Assembly: GCF_043950625.1 (NCBI RefSeq)
Contig: NZ_CP171007.1
DNA from: Alkanindiges sp. WGS2144
Lineage (GTDB): Bacteria > Pseudomonadota > Gammaproteobacteria > Pseudomonadales > Moraxellaceae
DNA length: 32,000 bases
Direction: 5' to 3' (one strand)
This document shows, piece after piece, positions 17,736-25,515 of the stretch; within the stretch, counting starts at the first letter, position 1; the number at the start of each line of letters is the position of its first letter. Both the position numbers and the translations under genes were made by a program. The notes beneath the pieces were generated by a model. It made no database searches and was not told the origin of the DNA. It was given only the letters and a program-made list of their open reading frames with translations.

Positions 17736-18926
17736 TTAAGCCCAGGCTTTTTGCAAAATAGCCATTAAGTCTGCTTTGTTGGCTTCACGCGGATTAAAGA
17801 TAATGGAACCATCGTCCAGTGCCTTGGTTGCAATTTCTTCGAGCTGTGCTTCTGTGACTTTGCCAGTTTCTTTTAAGGTGCGTGGCAGTTTGGTGCGCTC
17901 ATACAGGGTGTCGCGCAGGTCACGAATGTACTGAATGGCACGGCTGGCACGCTGGTTTTCTGGCGTGCTCGCATATACTTCTGCACCGGCTAGTGGCAAT
18001 AGTAGCTCGCCAATTTTGTCGCCATTCACCGACTGATTGTATTCCAGTACATAAGGCATATACAGGTTCATCACTAAACCATGCGGCAGGTGAGCCACTG
18101 CACCCGTAGCGTGGCCTAGTGAGTGCACCAGACCCACCATGGCATTGGAAAATGCAATTCCGGCCATGGTAGATGCCTGTGCCAGCTCCAGACGTGCTTC
18201 AGTATTAGAAGGCTCGTCTAGTACTTTCACCAGATTGCCAGTAATTTTCTTGATGGCTGCAAAACTATACGCATCACTAATTGGGTTAGAACCAAGGCAG
18301 GTGTAAGCTTCAACTGCATGCGTTAGCGCATCCATGGCGGTCATGGCAGTGATATGCGGGGGCAGGGTAGCCGTCATGCGTGGGTCTAAAATTGCGGCAT
18401 GAGGCATTAAAAAATGTGAGGCAAAGGCCAGTTTTACGTTTTTATCGGTGTCTGATACCACGGCAACGGCAGTCACTTCTGAGCCCGTACCTGCGGTGGT
18501 AGGCACCACAAAAAATGGCTTTAACGGACGTGGCAGATTATGTGCGCCAGAGTATTTAACCAGATCGTCGCCGCCTTCGGATACCAGAATGTTAACTCCC
18601 TTGGAGGTATCAATCACCGATCCACCACCTACAGCTACAATGGCATCACAGTTATTCTGGCGATATAGCTCCGCGGCAGTACGCACCGTTTGCAAACTAC
18701 TATCGGGTGGAACATCATCAAAAATAACCGCAACTGTGCTATCTGTACTTTCAAATGCAGCCTGAATTGGCTCTAATAAATTATTGCTACGTACGCCTTT
18801 GTCGGTAATGATCATTACCCGTTTGGCACCCAGAGTAGCCAGCTCAAAAGGAATATGTTCCAGCGCTGCATTTCCTGCAATGACTTTAACAGGGCAAAAA
18901 AATTCGTAATAGGATTTGGTCATCAT
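17736..18926 (-). CDS. Iron-containing (group III) alcohol dehydrogenase
   Basis: 396 aa. Fe-ADH signatures AVGGGSVIDTSK, the PTTAGTGSE NAD-binding loop, and metal His residues in HAVEAYT and VHSLGHATGAVAHLPHG. Confidence 0.9.
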   Translation of the reverse strand: MMTKSYYEFFCPVKVIAGNAALEHIPFELATLGAKRVMIITDKGVRSNNLLEPIQAAFESTDSTVAVIFDDVPPDSSLQTVRTAAELYRQNNCDAIVAVGGGSVIDTSKGVNILVSEGGDDLVKYSGAHNLPRPLKPFFVVPTTAGTGSEVTAVAVVSDTDKNVKLAFASHFLMPHAAILDPRMTATLPPHITAMTAMDALTHAVEAYTCLGSNPISDAYSFAAIKKITGNLVKVLDEPSNTEARLELAQASTMAGIAFSNAMVGLVHSLGHATGAVAHLPHGLVMNLYMPYVLEYNQSVNGDKIGELLLPLAGAEVYASTPENQRASRAIQYIRDLRDTLYERTKLPRTLKETGKVTEAQLEEIATKALDDGSIIFNPREANKADLMAILQKAWA

Positions 18927-19456
18927 TGGTTCCCTTTAAGATAGGTTTGCGCGACTTTAAGATAGATTTTTGAAGCAAGATTTAATTTTTGTGGCAGGGT
19001 CAGATCCTGGGGATATTGCTTGACCGCCAGCTTGGCTACCATTTTGGGCAGAATCAACGCTTCCATTTTATTGAGACAGCGGACCAGGCGAATGGCATAG
19101 GACAGGTCACCATCTGCCACCATACGGTCATTGGCAAACGCACGTGCTGTGCCTTCCTGAAAGCTAAACACCAAAAATGCATGGGATAAATGTTTAAAGG
19201 TTATGGTGAGGTCAGGCTTGCCGGCAAAATTTTTCAGCAGTTGTAATGAGCCATCAGACTGACTCTGTGAAGTAAAGCTTGGGCCATGAGGAAATACAGT
19301 CATCCTTACTACAAATCCAACAGGAAATCCTTTGGTTTCATTATGAATTTCAGGATCAACCTGACTGGCCGAGGTAAGGCCGCGGCCAATCACATCCATC
19401 ATTAGGGACACGTAGGCACGCTGTGCTGCGGGGAGTAATTTATTCATTGGTTTCAC
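18923..19456 (-). CDS. Hypothetical protein with SCP2 (sterol-carrier-protein-2)-like lipid-binding fold
   Basis: 177 aa. The segment DLTITFKHLSHAFLVFSFQEGTARAFANDRMVADGDLSYAIRLVRCL aligns by eye with the SCP2 core [45 protein letters not shown]. Its stop TGA overlaps the downstream ADH start (ATGA, 18923-18926). Confidence 0.6.
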   Translation of the reverse strand: MKPMNKLLPAAQRAYVSLMMDVIGRGLTSASQVDPEIHNETKGFPVGFVVRMTVFPHGPSFTSQSQSDGSLQLLKNFAGKPDLTITFKHLSHAFLVFSFQEGTARAFANDRMVADGDLSYAIRLVRCLNKMEALILPKMVAKLAVKQYPQDLTLPQKLNLASKIYLKVAQTYLKGNQ

Positions 19457-19550
19457 TACGCATTCTCAGTCATACAATAATAAAATGAAATCGGTAAAAC
19501 TTGCCTTTAGAGTATTTACTCTAATTTTCAAAAGTACAATAACAGATTGT

Positions 19551-20204
19551 TTAAACAAGTCCAGTATTAATGCTGGAAAATATATATCGCTTTTCAATTA
19601 AATGCTGTATTTGCTGGCAAATTTGCTCAAAACCTGGTGGATTCTCCAGTATATCTACCAGTCTGATCATTTGTAGTCCTGCAAAGCCGCATGGATTAAT
19701 ACAGGAAAAACCTTGCAGGTTGCAGTCAATATTTAATGCAAAGCCATGATAGCTGCACCCTTTCCTGATTTTAAAGCCAAGCGAGGCAATTTTCTGCTCA
19801 TTAATATAGACCCCGGGCGCATCTTTTTTGGCGTAGGCTTCCAAGTTATAGGTTGCCAGCAGATCAATCAGCAATTGTTCAGTAAAATTGACCAAGTCGC
19901 GTACATGCCATTTTAGGCGATTTAGATCAAACATCAGGTAGCCCACCAACTGACCCTTACCATGCCAGGTGACTTGTCCACCCCGGTCAGTTTGTATAAT
20001 TGGCAGGTCAGGGGGGGACAGCAGAATATGCTCTGGTTTGCCAGCTTGCCCCTGTGTTAACACATCATAATGCTGTAAAAGCCAGAGTTGGTCTGGTTCG
20101 TCTGCATCCCGCTGCTCGGTAAACTGTTTCATGGCTGCAAAGGTAGGTTCGTAATGTTGCAGGGCGGAAAATTGTTTGATGAGGAGAGAGGGCGGGGTAC
20201 TCAT
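19551..20204 (-). CDS. lipB: Octanoyltransferase LipB
   Basis: 217 aa from ATG 20204 (MSTPPSLLIKQF..), colinear with E. coli LipB. DRGGQVTWHGKGQ matches the RGGQVTYHGPGQ motif, and the catalytic Cys is in INPCGF. The track start at 20267 is a TTG-initiated extension. Confidence 0.9.
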   Translation of the reverse strand: MSTPPSLLIKQFSALQHYEPTFAAMKQFTEQRDADEPDQLWLLQHYDVLTQGQAGKPEHILLSPPDLPIIQTDRGGQVTWHGKGQLVGYLMFDLNRLKWHVRDLVNFTEQLLIDLLATYNLEAYAKKDAPGVYINEQKIASLGFKIRKGCSYHGFALNIDCNLQGFSCINPCGFAGLQMIRLVDILENPPGFEQICQQIQHLIEKRYIFSSINTGLV

Positions 20205-20293
20205 TATATGTGGTCTAAATGGTTGCTTGGTTATGTACGAGTTTATTAAGTAAAAACCAGAGAGCAAGACGTTGATCCCTCAATGCTTTTTGA

Positions 20294-20593
20294 TTACAAG
20301 GCTGTTTTAATATGCGGGCAAGCCTTTAAATCGGCATACAGTGCATGCACCTGATCCATATTGTCAAAGCGTAGCTGTGCCCGGAGAGATTCATAAGTGC
20401 CTTTGCTTGATGGTTGCACCACAATGGTGCTGGTATCAAACCAGGGGAAATGTTTTAGTAAAATGGCTTCGACTTCATCCCGCAGTTCAGGTACGGCATA
20501 ACCAATCAGATGAATTGGATAATCCATGGGAAACTGCCACAGGGTTTCATTAAGCGGCTTTTCTTCTAAAGAAATGGGCTGATTATCGTTCAT
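20294..20593 (-). CDS. ybeD: YbeD-family protein (DUF493/UPF0250)
   Basis: 99 aa. LWQFPMDYPIHLIGYAVPELRDEVEAILLKHFP..VQPSSKGTYESL parallels E. coli YbeD ([39 protein letters not shown]). It shows the conserved position upstream of lipB. Confidence 0.85.
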   Translation of the reverse strand: MNDNQPISLEEKPLNETLWQFPMDYPIHLIGYAVPELRDEVEAILLKHFPWFDTSTIVVQPSSKGTYESLRAQLRFDNMDQVHALYADLKACPHIKTAL

Positions 20594-20721
20594 ACAATCT
20601 ACTCGAAACTATTACTTTAGTTTAATGTAAACCGCTACCAGAAAAATTAAAGCCTCAAGCTGTATAAGCCTTGTGAGCAATAATAACAGGTCTACACAAA
20701 CTGGTTGATATATGTCTTAAA

Positions 20722-20752
20722 ATAAAAAGCGCCTGCATAACAGACGCTTTTT
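20722..20752 (-). terminator. Rho-independent terminator of rpoD
   Basis: Minus strand: agcgtctg, loop ttatg, caggcgct (8 bp with one G-U pair, plus-strand 20728-20735 / 20741-20748), then TTTTTATTTT. Confidence 0.75.
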
Positions 20753-20765
20753 ATAACAAAAATAA

Positions 20766-22655
20766 TTAATCGTTTTCCAGAAAGGAGCGAAGGTGCTCAG
20801 AGCGGGAAGGATGGCGTAGCTTACGCAGTGCCTTGGCTTCAATCTGGCGAATCCGCTCACGGGTTACGTCAAACTGCTTACCCACTTCTTCCAGGGTATG
20901 GTCGGTTGGCATATCAATACCAAAACGCATCTTGAGAACCTTGGCTTCACGTTCGGTCAGGTTTGCCAATACTTCACGGGTGGCTTCGCGTAAACCTTCA
21001 GAGGTGGCCGCTTCCACAGGCGAAGTAATGTTGGTGTCTTCAATGAAATCGCCCAAATGTGAATCTTCATCATCACCAATCGGGGTTTCCATGGAAATTG
21101 GTTCTTTGGCAATTTTGAGTACCTTGCGAACCTTTACTTCGTCCATTTCCAGACGTTCACCCAGTTCTTCAGGCGTAGGCTCACGCCCCATTTCCTGTAG
21201 CAGCTGACGCGATACTCGATTGATTTTGTTGATAGTTTCAATCATGTGTACTGGAATGCGGATAGTCCGCGCCTGATCGGCAATCGAACGGGTAATGGCT
21301 TGCCGAATCCACCATGTCGCATAGGTTGAAAACTTATAACCACGGCGATACTCAAATTTGTCTACAGCCTTCATCAGGCCGATATTTCCTTCCTGAATGA
21401 GATCCAGGAATTGCAGGCCACGGTTGGTATATTTTTTGGCGATGGAAATGACCAGACGCAAGTTGGCTTCCACCATTTCCTTTTTGGCACGGCGAGCCTT
21501 GGCTTCACCAATCGCCATGCGCTTAGAGATATCCTTGATTTCAGCCACACATAGCGTAAGTTCCTGCTCTATGTCAGCAATTTGCTGCTGAAAAGCATGC
21601 ACATCGGTACGCACGGTCTGCAAGTAGGATGCAATATTTGGTTCCTGTTCAATTTGTTCATCTAACCAGCCAATACGCGACTCGCTACCGGGGAAGGTTT
21701 TACGGAAGCGATCCCGGCTCATACGACCGCGGCGTACGCTGTAGCGCATAATTTCGCGCTCATACTGGCGGATTTTGTCCTGGGTATCACGTACCATGGC
21801 AGTCAAAAATTCAGACAGGCGAGGTGTAAGCTTAAACATCATAAATACAGAAGCCAGTTCAGCCAGTGCTGTTTCTGCTTCAGATGAACGACGGCCATGC
21901 GCTTCAAGTACGGCATTCAGGGCGTCATAACGCTCCTGTAATTCGGTAAAACGAACGCGGGCAACTTCAGGATCAGGGCCGGATTCAGTTTCTTCTTCTG
22001 CGGTGTCGCTTTCCTCTTCTTCCTCTTCCTCGTCGTCAGCAGCTTCTTTTTTGCTGGTTTTGGCAGCGGGCTCTTCTTCCTTGTCGGCCAAAAGCTCTTC
22101 GTCAATCACTTCAGGGATTGCTTCATCACTGTCCGGGTCAAGGTAACCTGACAGGATATCAGCCAGACGTCGCTCACCGTTTACTGCTTCCTGGTATTCC
22201 TGCAATACAACTTCTACCGCGCCGGGCCAGTAGGCAATGGCGTGCAGTACATCACGAATACCATCTTCAATGCGTTTTGCAATGCTGATTTCGCCTTCGC
22301 GAGTCAACAGTTCAACCGTCCCCATCTCACGCATATACATGCGTACGGGATCAGTGGTACGGCCCGGTTCATTTTCTACCGATGCCAGTACAGCAGCAGC
22401 TTCTTCGGCAGCTACTTCATCATCACTGGCGTCAGGGTTGTCCTCCAGCAGGATTTCGTCAGTTTCAGGTGCGCGGTCGTGAACAGGAATACCAACATCA
22501 TTGAGCATCTGAATGATGTCTTCAATCTGCTCACTTTCTGTTATGGAGTCCGGTAGATGATCGTTGACTTCAGCATAGGTCAGGTATCCCTGTTCCTTGC
22601 CTCGACTAATTAGAGCCGCTACTTGCGAGGTAGGGGATTGCAAATCGCTCATCAT
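20766..22655 (-). CDS. rpoD: RNA polymerase sigma factor RpoD (sigma-70)
   Basis: 629 aa. Region 1.1, an acidic non-conserved insert ([11 protein letters not shown]), region 2 [52 protein letters not shown], and the region 4.2 [32 protein letters not shown]. Confidence 0.97.
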   Translation of the reverse strand: MMSDLQSPTSQVAALISRGKEQGYLTYAEVNDHLPDSITESEQIEDIIQMLNDVGIPVHDRAPETDEILLEDNPDASDDEVAAEEAAAVLASVENEPGRTTDPVRMYMREMGTVELLTREGEISIAKRIEDGIRDVLHAIAYWPGAVEVVLQEYQEAVNGERRLADILSGYLDPDSDEAIPEVIDEELLADKEEEPAAKTSKKEAADDEEEEEEESDTAEEETESGPDPEVARVRFTELQERYDALNAVLEAHGRRSSEAETALAELASVFMMFKLTPRLSEFLTAMVRDTQDKIRQYEREIMRYSVRRGRMSRDRFRKTFPGSESRIGWLDEQIEQEPNIASYLQTVRTDVHAFQQQIADIEQELTLCVAEIKDISKRMAIGEAKARRAKKEMVEANLRLVISIAKKYTNRGLQFLDLIQEGNIGLMKAVDKFEYRRGYKFSTYATWWIRQAITRSIADQARTIRIPVHMIETINKINRVSRQLLQEMGREPTPEELGERLEMDEVKVRKVLKIAKEPISMETPIGDDEDSHLGDFIEDTNITSPVEAATSEGLREATREVLANLTEREAKVLKMRFGIDMPTDHTLEEVGKQFDVTRERIRQIEAKALRKLRHPSRSEHLRSFLEND

Positions 22656-22953
22656 TCGTCACTCTTATGGTTAATCAGTGGCTTAGGGCAATCGCGTATA
22701 GTAGCACGATTTTAAATACACTTTTAGCCCTAAGCCTGAAAAGTCAAATAGAAATAGTAGCAGCATTGCTTTTGCTGTTACTAGCCGATATGAGGCATAT
22801 TTTTTATATTTCAAGTGTCTAGAGTTATTGCTCTAAATTGCCTCTGCCCAGGGCAGGAATAAATATATGATAAACGGCAAATGGTAAACTGCATTAAAAT
22901 CGAGCAAAATGAAGCCTTAAAAATAACAAGATTGTGCAGAATGAAAAAAGCGC

Positions 22954-22982
22954 TTGACAAGTTTTTTTTTCAGATATAAATA
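22954..22982 (+). promoter_or_regulatory. Candidate sigma70 promoter for the small acidic protein gene
   Basis: Consensus -35 TTGACA (22954-22959), then a T9 run, then overlapping -10 candidates TATAAA/ATAAAT/TAAATA (22975-22982) giving 15-17 nt spacing. About 40 nt upstream of the ATG at 23020. Confidence 0.4.
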
Positions 22983-23019
22983 GCCGCCACGAACAAAATA
23001 TTTTTGCGGGGTGATTGCT

Positions 23020-23223
23020 ATGACTGGTTCAAATCAGGACTTTGAATTAGACGATAGCTTTAATGAAGACGACGCGCCGTTTGATGAGGAAAGTGCCAAC
23101 AAGGCAGTGAGTGCCAAAGATTCACTTTTAAAGCGGCGGCTGATTGATGATTTGCTGGCAGAACGTCGTTTGCAGCGTGAATTAAAAGAGCTGGACTATG
23201 ATTTTGATGATGATGACGAATAG
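23020..23223 (+). CDS. Small highly acidic protein (resembles the PA3496-type putative envelope-integrity family from memory)
   Basis: 67 aa from ATG 23020 (GGGGTG 7 nt upstream; the track used GTG 23011). Acidic N-terminus DFELDDSFNEDDAPFDEE, a charged helix LLKRRLIDDLLAERRLQRELKELDYDFDDDDE. Confidence 0.6.
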   Translation: MTGSNQDFELDDSFNEDDAPFDEESANKAVSAKDSLLKRRLIDDLLAERRLQRELKELDYDFDDDDE

Positions 23224-23352
23224 ACACTGGTTTTTTTAGGGCATTTAAGTTATTAAGCAATTTATAGTTTTACAGGCATATATTTACTGGCAAGAAACCT
23301 TGTTGCATCTTTGCTGCAAGCGAACAACGCCCATTTTGGATAGAGCATAGAT

Positions 23353-23877
23353 ATGGCGACACTGGATTTGGAATTGCTGGCTGATTATCTGGACGGTGAG
23401 AAAAATGAGTACGGGCTTGATTTTGCCGCTACTCATGGTTTCTTGTGTGCCACTGTGGTTGGGCCTGAGCTTAAGAACTGGTTAGCCCAGTTGTTTGAAA
23501 ACGACGAAGCCAAGGTTGATCCGGCAATTATTGCGCAAATTCGCTTATGGCGCGATGATATTCAGCAAACCCTGATTAATGAAGAAACCATAGAGTTTCC
23601 TTTTGAAATTGAAGAGGCAAGCGAAGATTCCAGTCTGGGAGACTGGAGCGTGGGCTTTGTTGATGCATTATTTTTAAATGATGAGGCCTGGTTTGCAGCC
23701 ACTGAGGATGAAGAATCCATTATTATGTTAACCCTCCCCATGATGGTATTCAGTGGTATTGAGGGTGAACCAGAGATGGACAATATCCGCCGTAATGGGG
23801 ATTTAATGGATGAGCTGGCCGAGGAAATTCCAGAGAACCTGACCAAGCTGTATTTGTTGTATCATTCACCAGAATAG
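23353..23877 (+). CDS. UPF0149 family protein (YgfB/YecA N-terminal-like)
   Basis: 174 aa. LDFAATHGFLCATVVGPE.., ..DWSVGFVDAL.. and an acidic composition are typical of the UPF0149/YgfB family. Confidence 0.7.
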   Translation: MATLDLELLADYLDGEKNEYGLDFAATHGFLCATVVGPELKNWLAQLFENDEAKVDPAIIAQIRLWRDDIQQTLINEETIEFPFEIEEASEDSSLGDWSVGFVDALFLNDEAWFAATEDEESIIMLTLPMMVFSGIEGEPEMDNIRRNGDLMDELAEEIPENLTKLYLLYHSPE

Positions 23878-23931
23878 TAAGTTGGCTTATCATTTCTGAC
23901 TTATTTTTATTGATAAAAACTTATAAATAAA

Positions 23932-23973
23932 ATGCCCTGATGACGGAACTTACTTGTTCTGCCTTCAGGGCAT
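23932..23973. terminator. Hairpin between convergent genes (candidate bidirectional terminator)
   Basis: 9-bp stem atgccctga (23932-23940) / tcagggcat (23965-23973) with a large 24-nt loop. Followed by ATTT on plus and TTTATTTAT on minus. Confidence 0.4.
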
Positions 23974-24013
23974 ATTTAAAAGCGAACTAAAACGCTGCTT
24001 TTAAGAATAGAGA

Positions 24014-25075
24014 TTAGGTAGTCAAGCGGTTCCATGCATCACGAGTAGCCTCTTTGGCTTGTTCCCATTTTAAACGGGACTCACCTTTGAACTCATCCCA
24101 TTGACGTCCCAAATCACTCTCGGCATCTTCAAAGCGAGTATTATGACCATAGCGTGCACGATTCTCGTAACCCAATCGGTAAGCCGGACTATAGTCGCGG
24201 TCATAATCCAGATCTGAATACTCTGATGAGGAACGGGCATAGTAAGGGGTACTGGTATAGTTCTCGCGCCAGTAGGCTTCTTCTACAGTTGGATTCATGG
24301 CTTCACCAGCAGCATGACCGGCAGCCGCGCCAGCAATCGCACCTGCTACGCCACCCACCGCTGTGCCGACCGGACCAGCAGCCGAACCAATCGCTGCACC
24401 AGCTGCTGCACCGCCCACACCACCAACGCCAGTTCCTACCGGATGAGAGCCAGGCTCACCTGTAATCGGGTCACGATTGGCATCATGAGGGGTAGGAGAA
24501 TGAGTTGTGGTGGTATCCGTAGTATACGCACGCTGGCTGGCACGATCCCAGGCATCACGGGTCGCATTTTTAGCTTGTTCCCATTTTAGACGTGATTCGC
24601 CTTTTACTTTTTCCCATTCCTGACTTAGATCATTTTCGGCACGGTCAAATGTATAGTCGTGGTCGTAGCGTGAGCGGTTGCTATAACCCAGGCGATAGGC
24701 AGAGCTATAATCACGGTCATAATCCAGGTCAGGATACTGACTGGTATCAGATTTATAATAAGACGTGTTGGTATAGTTCTCGCGCCAGTAGGCTTCTTCT
24801 TCGGTAGGGTTAATGGCTTCGCCAGCGGCATGACCGGCAGCAGCACCAGCAATCGCACCTACGACACCACCAACCATCGCACCAATTGGCCCACCAACAG
24901 CCCCAATAGCAGCACCTGCAGCCGCGCCACCAGCACTACCCAGACCTGTGCCAACAGGATGAGAGCCAGGTTCTCCAGTAATTGGATCAGCATTTAAATC
25001 ATCGCGCGCCTGATCCGACATATTTTTGATTTGATCGCGATCCATATTGTCCAAGTTATCACGTGAATTACTCAT
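24014..25075 (-). CDS. Internally duplicated glycine-zipper protein of unknown function (two roughly 149-aa modules; hydrophilin/stress-protein-like)
   Basis: 353 aa from ATG 25075 (GGAG 7 nt upstream; the track start at 25093 contains that Shine-Dalgarno). Each module has [15 protein letters not shown], a roughly 45-aa Gly/Ala zipper ([32 protein letters not shown]), [28 protein letters not shown] and [19 protein letters not shown]. No signal peptide. Confidence 0.85.
   Translation of the reverse strand: MSNSRDNLDNMDRDQIKNMSDQARDDLNADPITGEPGSHPVGTGLGSAGGAAAGAAIGAVGGPIGAMVGGVVGAIAGAAAGHAAGEAINPTEEEAYWRENYTNTSYYKSDTSQYPDLDYDRDYSSAYRLGYSNRSRYDHDYTFDRAENDLSQEWEKVKGESRLKWEQAKNATRDAWDRASQRAYTTDTTTTHSPTPHDANRDPITGEPGSHPVGTGVGGVGGAAAGAAIGSAAGPVGTAVGGVAGAIAGAAAGHAAGEAMNPTVEEAYWRENYTSTPYYARSSSEYSDLDYDRDYSPAYRLGYENRARYGHNTRFEDAESDLGRQWDEFKGESRLKWEQAKEATRDAWNRLTT
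24026..24472 (-). repeat. Module 2 (C-terminal copy) of the intragenic duplication
   Basis: Codons D208-R356 of the 359-codon track ORF. The period to module 1 is 172 codons (516 nt). Confidence 0.85.
24542..24988 (-). repeat. Module 1 (N-terminal copy) of the intragenic duplication
   Basis: Codons D36-R184. By hand alignment to module 2, about 111 of 149 residues are identical, without gaps. The DNA has diverged at many synonymous sites. Confidence 0.85.
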
Positions 25076-25449
25076 TACTGTACTCCAATACAAAGTTCTA
25101 ATTGAATCAGTTAGTGCATAACTGTTTTAAGGTTCTATAAAGCGCTACCTATCCACTCTATGCATTTAATCTAGGTGGAGTGAATTGTATTTGCTAAGCG
25201 TTTCTTGTTGAGTGGTTGCAGCAAAAAAAGCTGGCTCGCGTAATGATGCGTGAAATTTGTAGAAGTTAAGTAAAAAAACTGTCCCTGTGGCGCAAAGATT
25301 GCAAGAAAACTGCATAGGAATAAGATGAAGTTGAAGAAAAAATTAGGACAAGGGAATTGAAAAGAAATTAAAAAATGAAAGAAAGGTAAAGGTTCTGGCT
25401 TATTATCAAAAACAAAAATTCAGGTTTGGAGTATGATTTTCAGGTAGAT

Positions 25450-25482
25450 AAGCAGGCCAGAACGCTTCATCCCGGCCTGCTT
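25450..25482 (-). terminator. Hairpin, probable original trhO terminator now displaced by the IS insertion
   Basis: 9-bp stem aagcaggcc (25450-25458) / ggcctgctt (25474-25482) with a 15-nt loop. The U-tract on the minus strand is weak (TTATCT). Confidence 0.35.
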
Positions 25483-25508
25483 TCATAAAGAGCACCATCA
25501 AAAATAAA

Positions 25509-25515
25509 TCTTAAT
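25509..25515. repeat. Target-site duplication, left copy (TCTTAAT)
   Basis: Identical 7-mer directly abutting both IS ends (25509-25515 and 26518-26524). Confidence 0.75.

Noticed and set aside
20205-20267. Longer lipB (238 aa) starting at 20267.
   Set aside because: That start is TTG with no SD. Alignment to E. coli LipB begins at the internal MSTPP.. ATG (20204).
21917-22105. A 62-aa extremely basic ORF (..[30 protein letters not shown]..) on the same strand as rpoD in another frame.
   Set aside because: It is the frame-shifted reading of the GAA/GAG-rich acidic insert of sigma-70. That makes it a compositional artefact with no SD and no independent start context.
25324-25359. Mini-ORF ATGAAGTTGAAGAAAAAATTAGGACAAGGGAATTGA (11 aa) with an AGGAA upstream in the purine-rich intergenic region.
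   Set aside because: It is very short, lies in a low-complexity A-rich tract where ATG..TGA pairs arise by chance, and has no supporting conservation information.
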